DNA of 64,000 nt from Terracidiphilus sp. (GTDB taxonomy: Bacteria > Acidobacteriota > Terriglobia > Terriglobales > Acidobacteriaceae). The position numbers were made by a program, and so were the translations under genes. Below the pieces are notes generated by a model. It was given only the letters and a program-made list of their open reading frames with translations, did not search any database and was not told the DNA's origin. The stretch is from NCBI GenBank assembly GCA_035531055.1, contig DATKTQ010000317.1, positions 11,335 through 75,334 of the forward strand, given 5' to 3'. Positions 9,136 to 19,228 of this stretch are shown one piece after another (the stretch's first letter is position 1; every line of letters begins with the position of its first letter).

Positions 9136-10032
9136 ATGAAAGCTATGGGAAGTGATTCCGGCGTTCCACGGATGGATGGGCAGAGACCGGTGCGCGTGGA
9201 GCCCGGATGGGAGCCGGAGATTCTGCCGCCGGGCCCCGGCTACGCTGCGAATCCCCAGCCACCGCCGCGACGCAGGAGGCCCCTTTGGGCCACGTCGCCG
9301 GCGACTTACATCCTGGTGGGCATTAACTGCGCGGTGTACCTGGCGATGGTGGCACGCGGGGTAAGCGCAACGGAACCGACGGTCGGCCAACTGATGCAAT
9401 GGGGCGCGGACAACGCCGGCGCGGTGCTGCTGGGCGGGCAGTGGTGGCGCATTGTGACGGCGATGTTTGTGCATGCAGGCATACTGCACATTGCGCTGAA
9501 CATGTGGTGCCTATGGAACCTGGCCCTGCTGGCGGAGCCGCTGATGGGCTCGTTCGGGGTGATGGCGGCGTATCTGCTGACGGGCGCGGCGGGGGACTTG
9601 CTTTCGACGTTTGTGAGCTGGACCTGGCCGATGCACGACGGCGGGTTGGTGTTCTTCCCGGTGGGCGTGGGCGCTTCCGGGGCTGTGTTTGGGATTGCGG
9701 GAGCGCTGATTATTCTGCTGAAATCTCCGCGGCTGCCAGTGCCGCCGGTGGAACTGCGGAAGTTGCGCAAGTCCGTGATTTACTTTGCCGCCATCAACCT
9801 GGTTCTGGGCCTGGGCATCAACGTGGGCGCGTCGGTGATGCAGTCCGGACTGAAGATTGACAACTGGGCGCATCTGGGCGGGTTTGCGAGCGGACTGCTG
9901 TTTGCAATGCCGATGGTGCCGAGGCTGGGTTCGCCGCGGGAGATGTTTCGATCGCGGCTGGGCCGGGCGGTGGCGCTGGTGGCGGGCATCCTGGTGCTGT
10001 TTGCCTATTTTCTTTCGAAGCTGCCGGGCTGA
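9136..10032 (+). CDS. rhomboid-family intramembrane serine protease
   Basis: Multi-TM protein with the rhomboid catalytic GxSG (GASGAVFGIAGA) and the downstream catalytic His in AHLGGFASGLLF. HAGILHIALNM is also typical. Confidence 0.85.
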   Translation: MKAMGSDSGVPRMDGQRPVRVEPGWEPEILPPGPGYAANPQPPPRRRRPLWATSPATYILVGINCAVYLAMVARGVSATEPTVGQLMQWGADNAGAVLLGGQWWRIVTAMFVHAGILHIALNMWCLWNLALLAEPLMGSFGVMAAYLLTGAAGDLLSTFVSWTWPMHDGGLVFFPVGVGASGAVFGIAGALIILLKSPRLPVPPVELRKLRKSVIYFAAINLVLGLGINVGASVMQSGLKIDNWAHLGGFASGLLFAMPMVPRLGSPREMFRSRLGRAVALVAGILVLFAYFLSKLPG

Positions 10033-10131
10033 GAGCTGGGCGGAATTCCGAGCGCGGGCCCCGCGGAGCTGTGAAAGAATGATGGCAGTTGGCAGGCCGC
10101 TGAGCACTTCACCGCAACGGGAGGAAACCGA

Positions 10132-11094
10132 ATGAAACGCCGTGACTTTCTTCAACAGGCCGCACTGACCGCAGCTGCGGTGGCATCCGCAAAACAACTG
10201 AAGGCCACAGCCAAGACTCCGAGCCAGCCGATTGCGAAACGCACTCTGGGCAAAACGGGCGAGCAGCTTTCGATTATCGCCTTTGGCGGCATTGTGGTGA
10301 TGAATGAGTCGGCAGACGAATCCAAAAACATTGTGGCGGAGGCTGTGGACCGGGGCATCAACTACTTTGACGTGGCGCCGAGCTACGGCAACGCGCAGGA
10401 GCGGCTGGGACCGGCGCTGAAGCCCTACCGGAAGGATTGCTTTTTGGCGTGCAAGACGGGAGCGCGCAATAAAGAAGAATCCCGGAAGGCGCTGGAGGAG
10501 AGCCTGCGACTGCTGCAGACGGACCATTTGGACCTGTACCAGTTTCACGCGCTGACGAAGATGAAGGAACTGGACGAAGTGCTGGCACCTGGCGGCGCGA
10601 TGGAGACGATGGAGGCGGCGAAGAAAGAAGGCAAGATTCGTTACATCGGCTTCTCAGTGCACTCGGCGGAGACGGCGGTGGCGGCGATGGAGCGGTACCC
10701 GTTTGACACGATTCTGTTTCCGCTGAACTTTGTTCTGGTGACGCAGGCGGGCTTTGGTCCACAGATTCTGAAGAAGGCGCAGGAGAAGCAGATGGGCATC
10801 CTGTGCCTGAAGAGCATGGCGAAGACGGTTTGGCCGGAGGGTCAGCAGAAAGATCATCCGGAGCCGAAGTGCTGGTATCAGCCGGCGGCGTTTCCGCACG
10901 AGGCGGCGATGGGTCTGCGCTGGACGTTGGGGCACCCGATTACGGCTGCGATTCCTCCGGGAGACGAGCGGTATTTCCGGCTGGCGATGGACGTGGCGCA
11001 GGATTACAGGCCGCTGGAGCCACACGAAGAGCAGGCACTGCTGGCGGGAGCCAAGGGAGCGGAGCCGATCTTCCACCTGGGCAACGACGTGTAA
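10132..11094 (+). CDS. aldo/keto reductase with an N-terminal twin-arginine (Tat) signal
   Basis: The AKR catalytic tetrad context is readable: FDVAPSYGN (Asp, Tyr), FLACKTG (Lys) and LDLYQFHAL (His). The N-terminus MKRRDFLQQAALTAAAVASA matches the Tat consensus (S/T)RRxFLK. A GGAGG-like GGGAGGA lies upstream. Confidence 0.85.
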   Translation: MKRRDFLQQAALTAAAVASAKQLKATAKTPSQPIAKRTLGKTGEQLSIIAFGGIVVMNESADESKNIVAEAVDRGINYFDVAPSYGNAQERLGPALKPYRKDCFLACKTGARNKEESRKALEESLRLLQTDHLDLYQFHALTKMKELDEVLAPGGAMETMEAAKKEGKIRYIGFSVHSAETAVAAMERYPFDTILFPLNFVLVTQAGFGPQILKKAQEKQMGILCLKSMAKTVWPEGQQKDHPEPKCWYQPAAFPHEAAMGLRWTLGHPITAAIPPGDERYFRLAMDVAQDYRPLEPHEEQALLAGAKGAEPIFHLGNDV

Positions 11095-11119
11095 CGGCGG
11101 GAACACGAAAAGGGCAGCA

Positions 11120-11146
11120 GGGCGCGGCCGAGGCTGCGCCCTTTTT
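11120..11146 (+). terminator. rho-independent terminator after the aldo/keto reductase gene
   Basis: Stem GGGCGCGGC / GCTGCGCCC (one G-U pair), loop CGAG, followed by TTTTTGCGTTTGG. Confidence 0.55.
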
Positions 11147-11196
11147 GCGTTTGGAAGACGGAGTGAGGAGCGGCTAATGCATTTTCGAAAAATGCT

Positions 11197-11547
11197 CTAG
11201 CGAACGGCCGTGGCGGCGAACTTTTTGACCATGGCCAGCAGGAGCCTGCGGTCGCTCTCATTCAGATTGGTCGAGTAGCGGCGGATCTGGGTGAGGAATC
11301 GCAACTCCTCGTCGGAGAGGCGCTGGGTGTTGAGCTGGCGGCTGCCCGCCTCCTCGGTGAAGAACTGGGCGATGGGCACATCGAGAGCGGAGGCGATTTT
11401 AGAAAGCGTGTCGAGGGAGGGCACGGTGTGACCGTTCTCCACGCGGGAGAGGTAACAGCGGAGCAGACCGGTCTTTTTTTCGATGTCGCCCTGCGAGAGG
11501 CCCTTCTGGAGCCGGTATGCGCGGATGGTGGTGCCGATTTTCATCAT
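11197..11547 (-). CDS. XRE-family helix-turn-helix transcriptional regulator
   Basis: IRAYRLQKGLSQGDIEKKTGLLRCYLSRVENGHTVPSLDTLSKIASAL is a classic Cro/C1-type HTH. I place the start at the MM pair (11547). The ORF opens at 11604. Confidence 0.75.
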   Translation of the reverse strand: MMKIGTTIRAYRLQKGLSQGDIEKKTGLLRCYLSRVENGHTVPSLDTLSKIASALDVPIAQFFTEEAGSRQLNTQRLSDEELRFLTQIRRYSTNLNESDRRLLLAMVKKFAATAVR

Positions 11548-11701
11548 GGGAGAGGTCCAATCATCGAGGTGCCCGCCGCCGTTTACTGATGCGGTAGCTA
11601 CCATAGAGTTATTGGCTTAATAGTTAACACGTGCTGTGGGGAAATGCAAGGGAAAATGCGAAGCGGATTGAAGGGCCGGCCGGAGGCAGACGGCGGGGCG
11701 C

Positions 11702-12451
11702 CTATTTCAGCTTCTCGGCGAAGAAGCGGTCGATGCGGGCGAGGGCGTCGGCGGCATCCTGGGGGCGGTAGCCCATTTTGTTGCCAGGATTTTCAAAGGC
11801 GTGGCCGGCGTCGGGATAGATTTTGACGTCGACGGATTTGCCGATGGCGTGCATGGAGCCGACGAAGGCGTGGACTGCAGTGGGCGGAATGCCGCGGTCG
11901 AGTCCGCCGAAGTTTCCGAGGAGCGCGGCGTGGATGCGTTCGAGGTCAGCGCTGCTTGTGGCGAGCGCGCCGTAGTTGACGGCGACGGCTTTGAGATTGG
12001 GGTCGGCGATGGCGAGCTGGAGTGCATAGCCGCCGCCGAAGCACCAGCCGACGGCGCCGATGCGATGGGAATCGACGTCCTTGCGTGCCCGGAGGAAGTG
12101 GACGGCGGAGACGAGATCGCGGATGCCCTGGTCCTGAGGAAGACCTCGTGAGAGCTCGTGGGCGACTTCAGGGTCGGAGGTGACCTGGCCGTGATAGAGG
12201 TCGACGGCGAGCGCGACATAGCCATGGGCGGCATAGCCGGCGGCTTGCTGCTTGACCCAGTCGGTGAGGCCCCACCACTCATGAATGACGACGATTGCCG
12301 GATGCGGGCCGGGGGTGTGCGGCAGGTAGAGGACGCCCTCGCCATTGCCGCTGCCGCTGGGGAAGGTGACATGCTGCTGGGCGTGTGCGGGAAGGGTGAA
12401 GACGGCGACGAGAAGCGCGGCGGAGGTGGCAAGCAGTCGGAAGGATTTCAT
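11702..12451 (-). CDS. dienelactone hydrolase family protein (secreted)
   Basis: Signal peptide MKSFRLLATSAALLVAVFTLPAHAQ. DLH-type nucleophile elbow GAVGWCFGGGYAL. C-terminal His context YPDAGHAFENP. Confidence 0.85.
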   Translation of the reverse strand: MKSFRLLATSAALLVAVFTLPAHAQQHVTFPSGSGNGEGVLYLPHTPGPHPAIVVIHEWWGLTDWVKQQAAGYAAHGYVALAVDLYHGQVTSDPEVAHELSRGLPQDQGIRDLVSAVHFLRARKDVDSHRIGAVGWCFGGGYALQLAIADPNLKAVAVNYGALATSSADLERIHAALLGNFGGLDRGIPPTAVHAFVGSMHAIGKSVDVKIYPDAGHAFENPGNKMGYRPQDAADALARIDRFFAEKLK

Positions 12452-12651
12452 GAGTGACCTCAATGCGGGTGATGCACGTGGGAGCATTCCGCGCGGGGAA
12501 GACGGCTCCGGCGGGCCTGCGGAGCATTGTACTCGAAGGCGGTTGTGCGGAGGGAGACGAGGAAGCGGGGAGGGTATGTGCTGAGCAGCCCGGAGTGGAT
12601 GCGGGGATTCGCGAAGGTGTATGAGACGCGGCTGGTGCGGGCGCCAGCGGC

Positions 12652-12852
12652 TCAGGGAGCGGCGTCGCCGGGTGCGCCGGCCGTGGCTTCCGGGGACCGG
12701 TAGGGGCAGTGGCGGCAGCCGGAGTTGCAGCAGGAACCGCGCTTGAGATGGTAAGCCGCCGTGAAGACGAGATACGGACCTTCAAAGTAGTAGTCCTCCG
12801 GCGCGAGTGGGGTATTGGCGTCGGTGGCGCTGGCGGGAGCGTCGCGGTCCAT
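12652..12852 (-). CDS. small Cys-rich protein, DUF5522-like
   Basis: Only the last 66 codons of the 248-aa track ORF look real. MDRDAP...EDYYFEGPYLVFTAAYHLKRGSCCNSGCRHCPYR matches my memory of the DUF5522 motif (YHLxRGxCCxxGCRHCPY). The upstream part of the track ORF is antisense to kdsC. Confidence 0.55.
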   Translation of the reverse strand: MDRDAPASATDANTPLAPEDYYFEGPYLVFTAAYHLKRGSCCNSGCRHCPYRSPEATAGAPGDAAP

Positions 12853-12903
12853 GGAGATATTGTCGCGGATTTGCGGCCGTTGTGCCGCGGGTAGAATGAA
12901 GCC

Positions 12904-13554
12904 ATGACGATTTCCGCAGAAGAGCGCGCGCGGCGCATCAAGATTGTTCTTTTCGACGTGGATGGAGTGCTGACGGACGGCGGCATCTGGCTGGTGCCCG
13001 CGCCTGCGGGCTCGGTGGCCCATCCGGGACTGGCGGAGAAGGACGGCGAGGCCGGATTCGGAATTCAATCGACGACGATGGTGGAGGCCAAGGGCTTCCA
13101 CGCGCACGACGGGACGGCGATCTCCCTGGCGCGGCTGGGTGGGATGAAGTGCGGTTTCATCACCAAGCGGATCAGCGAAACAGTAGCGCTGCGGGCGCGC
13201 GATCTGAAGCTGGAGTTTGTGTACATGGGCCAGTCGTACAAGATGGAAGCGGTGCGCGAGATCATGGAAAAGGAAGGCGTGACGCTCGAAGAGATTGCGT
13301 ATGTGGGCGACGACGTAATTGACCTGCCGGTGATGCGCGAATGCGGCTTTGCAGTGGCGGTGGCGAATGCGCGGGCGCAGGTGAAGGCGGCGGCGCATTA
13401 CGTGACGCCGAATGCGGGCGGACGCGGGGCGGGGCGCGACACGGTGGAGTTCATTCTGGAGGCCAAGGGGATTCTGGGGAAGTGCATCGAGGCGTACATC
13501 GATGAGCGGAATCCTATGGCGCCGTCAATGGACATCGGCAAGGGCGGCGCCTGA
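12904..13554 (+). CDS. kdsC: KDO 8-phosphate phosphatase-like HAD hydrolase
   Basis: HAD motif I is FDVDGVLTDGGIW. YVGDDVIDLPVMRECGFAVAVANA and VTPNAGGRGAGRD are typical of KdsC. It carries an insertion of about 30 aa after motif I relative to what I remember of short KdsC proteins. Confidence 0.75.
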   Translation: MTISAEERARRIKIVLFDVDGVLTDGGIWLVPAPAGSVAHPGLAEKDGEAGFGIQSTTMVEAKGFHAHDGTAISLARLGGMKCGFITKRISETVALRARDLKLEFVYMGQSYKMEAVREIMEKEGVTLEEIAYVGDDVIDLPVMRECGFAVAVANARAQVKAAAHYVTPNAGGRGAGRDTVEFILEAKGILGKCIEAYIDERNPMAPSMDIGKGGA

Positions 13555-13568
13555 CGTAACGCGGCGCG

Positions 13569-13934
13569 TTATGTGGCGTGCATGAGGCTGAACAGAAGTA
13601 CGGCGAGCACGATGAGGCTGACGACGACGTACATGCGGTCGCGCTCCAGCGCGAAGCCGGCGACGGCCATGGCGACGCGGGCAACGGGCGTGGCGATGAG
13701 CAGCAGAAGGCCGAATTGCATGAGGCCCAGGCTGTCTCCATGCATGGCGGAACGGAAGATGCCGGGCAGGGTGCGCACCTCCGCGCCGCCGGGCGCGAAG
13801 ACTCCGTAATGGACCGGCTGCGCATGGAAGCGGAAAAGGTAAAGCACGCCGCCGGAGAAGACGACCGCCGCGGCCAGCAGGACGCCGGCGCGGAGCAGGT
13901 TGCCGATGATGTTCTCAAGATGGCGATCGTCCAT
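13569..13934 (-). CDS. DUF1634 membrane protein
   Basis: 121-aa, 3-4 TM protein directly downstream of a TauE/SafE gene, which is the usual pairing. The LLLIATPVARVAMAVAGFALERD pattern matches my memory of DUF1634. Confidence 0.65.
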   Translation of the reverse strand: MDDRHLENIIGNLLRAGVLLAAAVVFSGGVLYLFRFHAQPVHYGVFAPGGAEVRTLPGIFRSAMHGDSLGLMQFGLLLLIATPVARVAMAVAGFALERDRMYVVVSLIVLAVLLFSLMHAT

Positions 13935-13939
13935 GCTCG

Positions 13940-14779
13940 CTAGACCTTTCCCAGAAATCCATTGACGATCATTTCAATGGCGAGTGCAAAGACCACGACG
14001 CCGAAGACGATGCGCAGGGTGCGAACACGGGCGTGGACGAGGACGCGGGTGCCGAGAAAGGCTCCGGCGAGGACGCCGAGCATGACGGGCATGGCGACGC
14101 GCGGGTCAATGTATCCGCGGCTGAGGTACACGCCGGCGCTGGCCGCGGCGGTTACACCGATCATGAAGTTGCTGGTGGTGGTGGAGACCTTGAAGGGAAT
14201 CTTCATGGCGCGGTCCATGGCGATGACCTTGACGGCGCCGGAGCCGATGCCGAGGAGGCCGGAGAGCGCGCCCGCACCGAACATGAGGCCGAGGCCGGTG
14301 GGAACATTGTGGACGCCGTATTCCTGGCGCTTGTCGAGGAGCGGATAGTCGCCGCCGAGGCGAAAGAAGCGGGCGAGTCGGTCCGACTGGATGGCGGGAC
14401 CGTGATCGGGCTCGGAACTGGCGAGGGACTGCCAGCCGGACTGAAGGAGCACGAGGCCAAAGATGATGGCGAGGATGTGGGTGCTGGTGAAGGCGGCGAG
14501 ATATGCGCCCAAGACCGCGCCGACGGTGGTGGCGATTTCAAGCAGCATGCCGATGCGGATGTTGGAGAAGCCTTCCTTGACGTAGGCGGCGGCTGCGCCA
14601 GAGGAGGTGGCAATGACCGAGACGAGGGAGGCTCCGATGGCGTATTTGATGTCTACGCCAAGCACCAGAGCCAGGACGGGCACGACAACCACGCCGCCGC
14701 CCAAGCCGGTGAGCGCGCCGAGGAAGCCGGCGACGGCGGCGACAACCCAGACAACGAGAGTGAAATCGAGCGCGGACAT
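13940..14779 (-). CDS. sulfite/anion exporter TauE/SafE family membrane protein
   Basis: 279-aa polytopic protein with two Gly-rich repeats (GFLGALTGLGGGVVVVP and GALSGLLGIGSGAV) typical of TauE/SafE permeases. Confidence 0.85.
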   Translation of the reverse strand: MSALDFTLVVWVVAAVAGFLGALTGLGGGVVVVPVLALVLGVDIKYAIGASLVSVIATSSGAAAAYVKEGFSNIRIGMLLEIATTVGAVLGAYLAAFTSTHILAIIFGLVLLQSGWQSLASSEPDHGPAIQSDRLARFFRLGGDYPLLDKRQEYGVHNVPTGLGLMFGAGALSGLLGIGSGAVKVIAMDRAMKIPFKVSTTTSNFMIGVTAAASAGVYLSRGYIDPRVAMPVMLGVLAGAFLGTRVLVHARVRTLRIVFGVVVFALAIEMIVNGFLGKV

Positions 14780-14836
14780 GAGGTCGAAGGTGGAGCTGGA
14801 CCTCTCAAGTATAGCGTGCGGCGGAGAGCAGCGTGA

Positions 14837-16141
14837 TTACCGCGGTGGGGTCACGGGCCGTTGGGCGAAGGCGGGGAAGAGGGTTCGGATGAGGTCGTCG
14901 CGGAGGGTGAGGCGCAGGTCGGAGTTGGGGTCGGGCTCGGTGTTTGACTCCGGATGCAGGGTGGAAGCGGGCGAGGGCGCGCCGGTGTCTGTGGTGTTGA
15001 CGGCGAGGATGGCGGCGGTGTGGCCGGCGGGATCGATCATCAATTCAGAGGAAAAGCCGCCCTGGTCGCCGTCGTGAAAGACGTAGCGATGACCTTGGAG
15101 ATGGAGGACGAAGAAGCCGAGACCCATGAGAGGCTGCGCGCCGCCGGGGCCGGAGGTGTATGGCGTGGGCGGCTGGCCGCGCTGGAGGGCGGGCAGGACG
15201 CCGGTCCAGGCTTCCTGCAGCGAACTGCGTTTGAGGACGATGTTGTCGACGGGGTTGGCTGGGTCGCCGATGAGGAAGCGGGCGTATTTGACCATGTCTG
15301 GGATGGGCGCTTTGAGCCCGCTGTTAGAGGTGGTGATGCCGGTGTCGAAGTTGAACGGCTGGGGGGTGAGGGTGGCGCCGGAGCGGAGGTAACTGGCGGA
15401 GACGTGCGGCTCAAGGTAATAGGGCGAGCGGTCAAAGTAGCTTTCGGTCATGCCGAGGGGCATGAGGATGTTCTTGGTGATGTAGACCTCGAAGTCGTCG
15501 CCGGAGAGGCGCTGGATGATTTGGCCGAGGAAGACGTAGCCGAGGTTGGAGTAGCTCCACTGGGTTCCGGGCTTGAAGGCGATGTGGGTGTAAGGGAGCA
15601 TGGCGGCGACCTGGGACCAGCGGGTGGGCTCGAAGGGCTGCCAGTTGCAGTCTTTGGGGTCGTCGCAGTCCCAGGGCCAGGTGGAGTTGCGGAAACCGGC
15701 GCTGTGGGTGAGCAGGTCGCGGATGGTGATCTGGTCGACGGGACCGAAGGCGTCGTGGATCTGGCGGAGCTCGGGGACATAGCGGACGGCCGGGTCGTTG
15801 AGCGAGAGCAGGCCGCGGTCGCGGAGCTGGAAGATGGCGATGGAGGTGAAGGTCTTGGTGATGGAGGCCCAGTTGTAGGCGGTGTGGTCGTCCACACGGC
15901 GGCTGGGTTGGAGGCGGGCACTGCCGAAGGAGAATTCGGTGGCGGGTTGCCCGGCGTGGACGAAGGCGAATCCGCCGCCGACGATGTGGTGGCGGGAGAG
16001 GACGGCTTCGAAACGGGCGTGGAATGCATCCAATTGGGCAGAGTCGTGCTGGGCAGAAGCTGGCTGGGCAGAGGTGGGAACGGAGACGAGCGCGCAGGCG
16101 AGGACGAGCAGCGTGGGCGCGAGCAGGAGACGGAAGCGCAT
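14837..16141 (-). CDS. beta-lactamase-fold serine hydrolase (secreted)
   Basis: The ATG at 16141 opens the signal peptide MRFRLLLAPTLLVLACALVSVPTSAQP. The SxxK motif reads ASITKTF and the YxN motif reads WSYSNLGY. Confidence 0.85.
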   Translation of the reverse strand: MRFRLLLAPTLLVLACALVSVPTSAQPASAQHDSAQLDAFHARFEAVLSRHHIVGGGFAFVHAGQPATEFSFGSARLQPSRRVDDHTAYNWASITKTFTSIAIFQLRDRGLLSLNDPAVRYVPELRQIHDAFGPVDQITIRDLLTHSAGFRNSTWPWDCDDPKDCNWQPFEPTRWSQVAAMLPYTHIAFKPGTQWSYSNLGYVFLGQIIQRLSGDDFEVYITKNILMPLGMTESYFDRSPYYLEPHVSASYLRSGATLTPQPFNFDTGITTSNSGLKAPIPDMVKYARFLIGDPANPVDNIVLKRSSLQEAWTGVLPALQRGQPPTPYTSGPGGAQPLMGLGFFVLHLQGHRYVFHDGDQGGFSSELMIDPAGHTAAILAVNTTDTGAPSPASTLHPESNTEPDPNSDLRLTLRDDLIRTLFPAFAQRPVTPPR

Positions 16142-16213
16142 GGGGAAATGATACTGAATAGACGGCGATGGCGCCGGTGGTGCTATAGTCTGCGAGTTTC
16201 TTGAGATGCCGGA

Positions 16214-17935
16214 ATGGCGGAGTCTATGAAGCTGGAAAACACGCTGCGATCCGCATGGGATCCGCAATCTGCCAGGGCGAAGGCGAACGGCGAGGCGCTA
16301 CGGGCGCAGCTGGCGGAGTTGCGCGGGACGGAGGAGAGGATTCGGCAGGGCGGCGGCGCAAAGGCCGCGGCGGCGCAGCATGCCAAGCACCGGCTGACGG
16401 TGCGGGAGCGGCTGAAGCTGCTGCTGGACGAAGGTACGGAGCTGATGGAACTGGGGCTTTGGGCGGCGCACGGCATGTATGAGGAATATGGCGGAGCGCC
16501 GGGCGCGGGCGTGGTGACGGGCTTGGGGCGCGTATGCGGACGGCAGTGCATGGTGATTGCGAACGATGCGACGGTGAAAGCCGGCGCGTTTTTTCCCATG
16601 ACGGCGAAGAAGGTGCTGCGGGCGCAGACGATTGCCATGGAGAATCGGCTGCCGACGCTCTACCTGGTGGACTCCTCCGGTGTGTTTCTGCCGTTGCAGG
16701 AGGATGTGTTTCCGGATACGGACGACTTCGGAAGGATTTTTCGCAACAACGCGGTGATGAGCGCGCGAGGGATTCCGCAGATTACGGCGATTCTGGGCAT
16801 GTGTGTGGCGGGCGGCGCGTATTTGCCGGTGATGACCGACACGGTGCTGATGACGGAGGGGTCGGGATTGTTTCTTGCGGGGCCTTCGCTGGTGCAGGCG
16901 GCAATTGGGCAGCGGACGAGCGCGGAGGAGTTGGGCGGCGCGGCGATGCATGCCGAGGTTTCCGGGACGGTGGACTTTAAGGAGCCGGACGACCAGCACT
17001 GCCTCAGGCGGATGCGGTCACTGGTGGACAAGCTGGGCGAGCAGCCGGCGGGCGAGGTGTTTTCGCGAGTTGCCTACGATGCGGCGAAGGATGGGCCGCT
17101 GTATGCGGCGGAGGATCTCTACGGAATGCTGGATCCGGCGCCCGGGGCGACGAATATCTACGACATGCGTGAGGTGATTGCGCGGCTGGTGGACCGCAGC
17201 GAGTGGGATGAGTACAAGGCGGAGTTTGGGCGCACGGTGCTGTGCGGGTATGCGCGGATTGGCGGGCACGCGGTGGGCGTGGTGGCCAACCAGAAGATGA
17301 ACCAGATGCAGACGGTGGCGACGGGGCCAGCCGCGGGCGCCAAGCGGATTGAAGTGGGCGGGGTGATCTATACGGAAGGCGCGCAGAAGGCGGCACGCTT
17401 CATTCTGGACTGCAACCAGAGCCTGGTGCCGCTGGTGTTTCTGCACGACGTGAACGGCTTTATGGTGGGCAAGGACGCGGAGTGGTCGGGGATTATTCGT
17501 GGGGGGGCCAAAATGGTTTCGGCAGTGGCGACGAGCGTGGTGCCGAAGATTACGGTGATTGTGGGCGGGAGCTTTGGCGCGGGGCATTATGCGATGTGCG
17601 GCAAGGCGTATGATCCGCGATTTGTGTTTGCGTGGCCCACGGCGCGCTACGCGGTGATGAGCGGCGCGTCTGCCGCGGCGACGCTGGCCGAGGTGCGTGC
17701 GAGGCAACTGGAGCGCGGAGGCAAAGTACTTTCCGAGGCGGAGAAGACGGCGATGCGCGAGGAGATTGTGGCGACGTATGACGCGCAGGCGGACCCGCGC
17801 TACGGCGCGGCGCGACTGTGGATCGACGCGATCATCGACCCGGCGAAGACGCGGGAGGCGCTGATGACGGCGTTGGAGGCGTGCGCGCGGAATACGGAGA
17901 TTGCGCGCTTCAATCCGGGTGTGATGCAGACCTGA
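16214..17935 (+). CDS. mccB: acyl-CoA carboxylase carboxyltransferase (beta) subunit, most likely methylcrotonyl-CoA carboxylase beta
   Basis: Carboxyl_trans family over the full length (HRLTVRERLKLLLDEGT, MCVAGGAYLPVMTD, VVANQ...GGVIY). Genomic context with acyl-CoA dehydrogenase, HMG-CoA lyase and enoyl-CoA hydratase supports the leucine pathway. Confidence 0.85.
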   Translation: MAESMKLENTLRSAWDPQSARAKANGEALRAQLAELRGTEERIRQGGGAKAAAAQHAKHRLTVRERLKLLLDEGTELMELGLWAAHGMYEEYGGAPGAGVVTGLGRVCGRQCMVIANDATVKAGAFFPMTAKKVLRAQTIAMENRLPTLYLVDSSGVFLPLQEDVFPDTDDFGRIFRNNAVMSARGIPQITAILGMCVAGGAYLPVMTDTVLMTEGSGLFLAGPSLVQAAIGQRTSAEELGGAAMHAEVSGTVDFKEPDDQHCLRRMRSLVDKLGEQPAGEVFSRVAYDAAKDGPLYAAEDLYGMLDPAPGATNIYDMREVIARLVDRSEWDEYKAEFGRTVLCGYARIGGHAVGVVANQKMNQMQTVATGPAAGAKRIEVGGVIYTEGAQKAARFILDCNQSLVPLVFLHDVNGFMVGKDAEWSGIIRGGAKMVSAVATSVVPKITVIVGGSFGAGHYAMCGKAYDPRFVFAWPTARYAVMSGASAAATLAEVRARQLERGGKVLSEAEKTAMREEIVATYDAQADPRYGAARLWIDAIIDPAKTREALMTALEACARNTEIARFNPGVMQT

Positions 17936-18003
17936 GGAAGTTGCGAATTCAAAGAAGCAGAGCGAAAGAGCAAGTAAGCGGAAACAACCGGTGACCAAGG
18001 AGT

Positions 18004-19200
18004 GTGGCGATGGGCGTTGCGTTGGAGACCGTGGAAAGTTTGTATCCCTTTGTGCTGACGGAAGAGCAGGAATTGCTGCGGCGAGAGATTCAGGAGTTTG
18101 CCGCGCGCGAGGTTGCGCCACACGTGATGGCGTGGGACGAAGCCAGCGAATTTCCGCTGGCGACGGTGAAGAAGCTGGGGGAGATGGGCCTGCTGGGCGT
18201 GATTGTTCCGGCGGAGTACGGCGGCGCGGGGCTGACTTATGTGGACTACGTGCTGGCGATTGAAGAGCTGTCGGCGGTGGACGGATCGCTGGGACTGACG
18301 ATGGCGGCGCATAACTCGCTGGGAACGAATCATATTTTTCTGGCGGGGAATGAGGAGCAGCGGCGAAAGTATCTGCCACGGCTGGCCAAGGGAGAGTGGC
18401 TGGCGGCGTGGGGGCTGACGGAGCCGGGTTCCGGCTCTGACGCGAGCAATGCGCGGACAACTGCGGAGCGCAAGGGCGACCGTTACATTTTGAACGGGAA
18501 TAAGACGTTCATCACCAACGGGCACTATGCCGACGTGACGATGGTGATTGCGGTGACAGACCGGAGCAAGGGTACGCATGGACTCTCGGCGTTTGTGGTG
18601 GAGAAGGGGACGAAGGGATTCCGGCCGGGCAAGAAGGAGAACAAACTGGGCCTGCGCGCGAGCGATACGAGCGAACTGATTTTTGAGGACTGCGAGATTC
18701 CGGCGGAGAACCTGCTGGGCGCCGAGGGCGAGGGCTTTGTGGATGCGATGCGGGTGCTGGACGGCGGACGCATCTCGATTGCCGCGCTCTCGCTGGGCAT
18801 TGGGCGCGGAGCGCTGGATGCGGCGCTGAAGTATGTGAAGGAGCGGCGGCAGTTCGGCAAGGCAATTGCGGAGTTTCAGGGGATCCAGTGGAAGTTGGCG
18901 GACATGGCCACGGAACTGGATGCGGCGCGGCTGCTGACGCAGCGGGCGGCGGTGCTGAAGGACGCGGGCCGGAGAGTGACGCGGGAGTCGGCGATGGCAA
19001 AGCTGTTTGCCAGCGAGACGGCGGTGCACATTTGCAACGAAGCAGTGCAACTGTTTGGCGGTTACGGCTTCATCAAGGACTATCCAGCGGAGAAGTTTTA
19101 TCGCGACGTGAAGCTGTGCACGATTGGCGAGGGGACGAGCGAGATTCAGCGGATGGTGATTGCGCGGGAGATTCTGAAGGTGCATCCGTCCCGCGGATGA
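18004..19200 (+). CDS. acyl-CoA dehydrogenase (short/branched-chain type)
   Basis: Full-length ACAD with [32 protein letters not shown] and a C-terminal catalytic-base context [17 protein letters not shown]. Substrate (isovaleryl versus butyryl) cannot be decided from the sequence by eye. Confidence 0.9.
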   Translation: MAMGVALETVESLYPFVLTEEQELLRREIQEFAAREVAPHVMAWDEASEFPLATVKKLGEMGLLGVIVPAEYGGAGLTYVDYVLAIEELSAVDGSLGLTMAAHNSLGTNHIFLAGNEEQRRKYLPRLAKGEWLAAWGLTEPGSGSDASNARTTAERKGDRYILNGNKTFITNGHYADVTMVIAVTDRSKGTHGLSAFVVEKGTKGFRPGKKENKLGLRASDTSELIFEDCEIPAENLLGAEGEGFVDAMRVLDGGRISIAALSLGIGRGALDAALKYVKERRQFGKAIAEFQGIQWKLADMATELDAARLLTQRAAVLKDAGRRVTRESAMAKLFASETAVHICNEAVQLFGGYGFIKDYPAEKFYRDVKLCTIGEGTSEIQRMVIAREILKVHPSRG

Positions 19201-19228
19201 GCGGCGGGATGGCAGAGCGGGAGAGTCG

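Noticed and set aside
12652-13398. 248-aa minus-strand ORF
   Set aside because: Most of it is antisense to kdsC. Only the last 66 codons (12652-12852) carry a recognisable DUF5522-like motif and lie outside kdsC, so only that part is reported.
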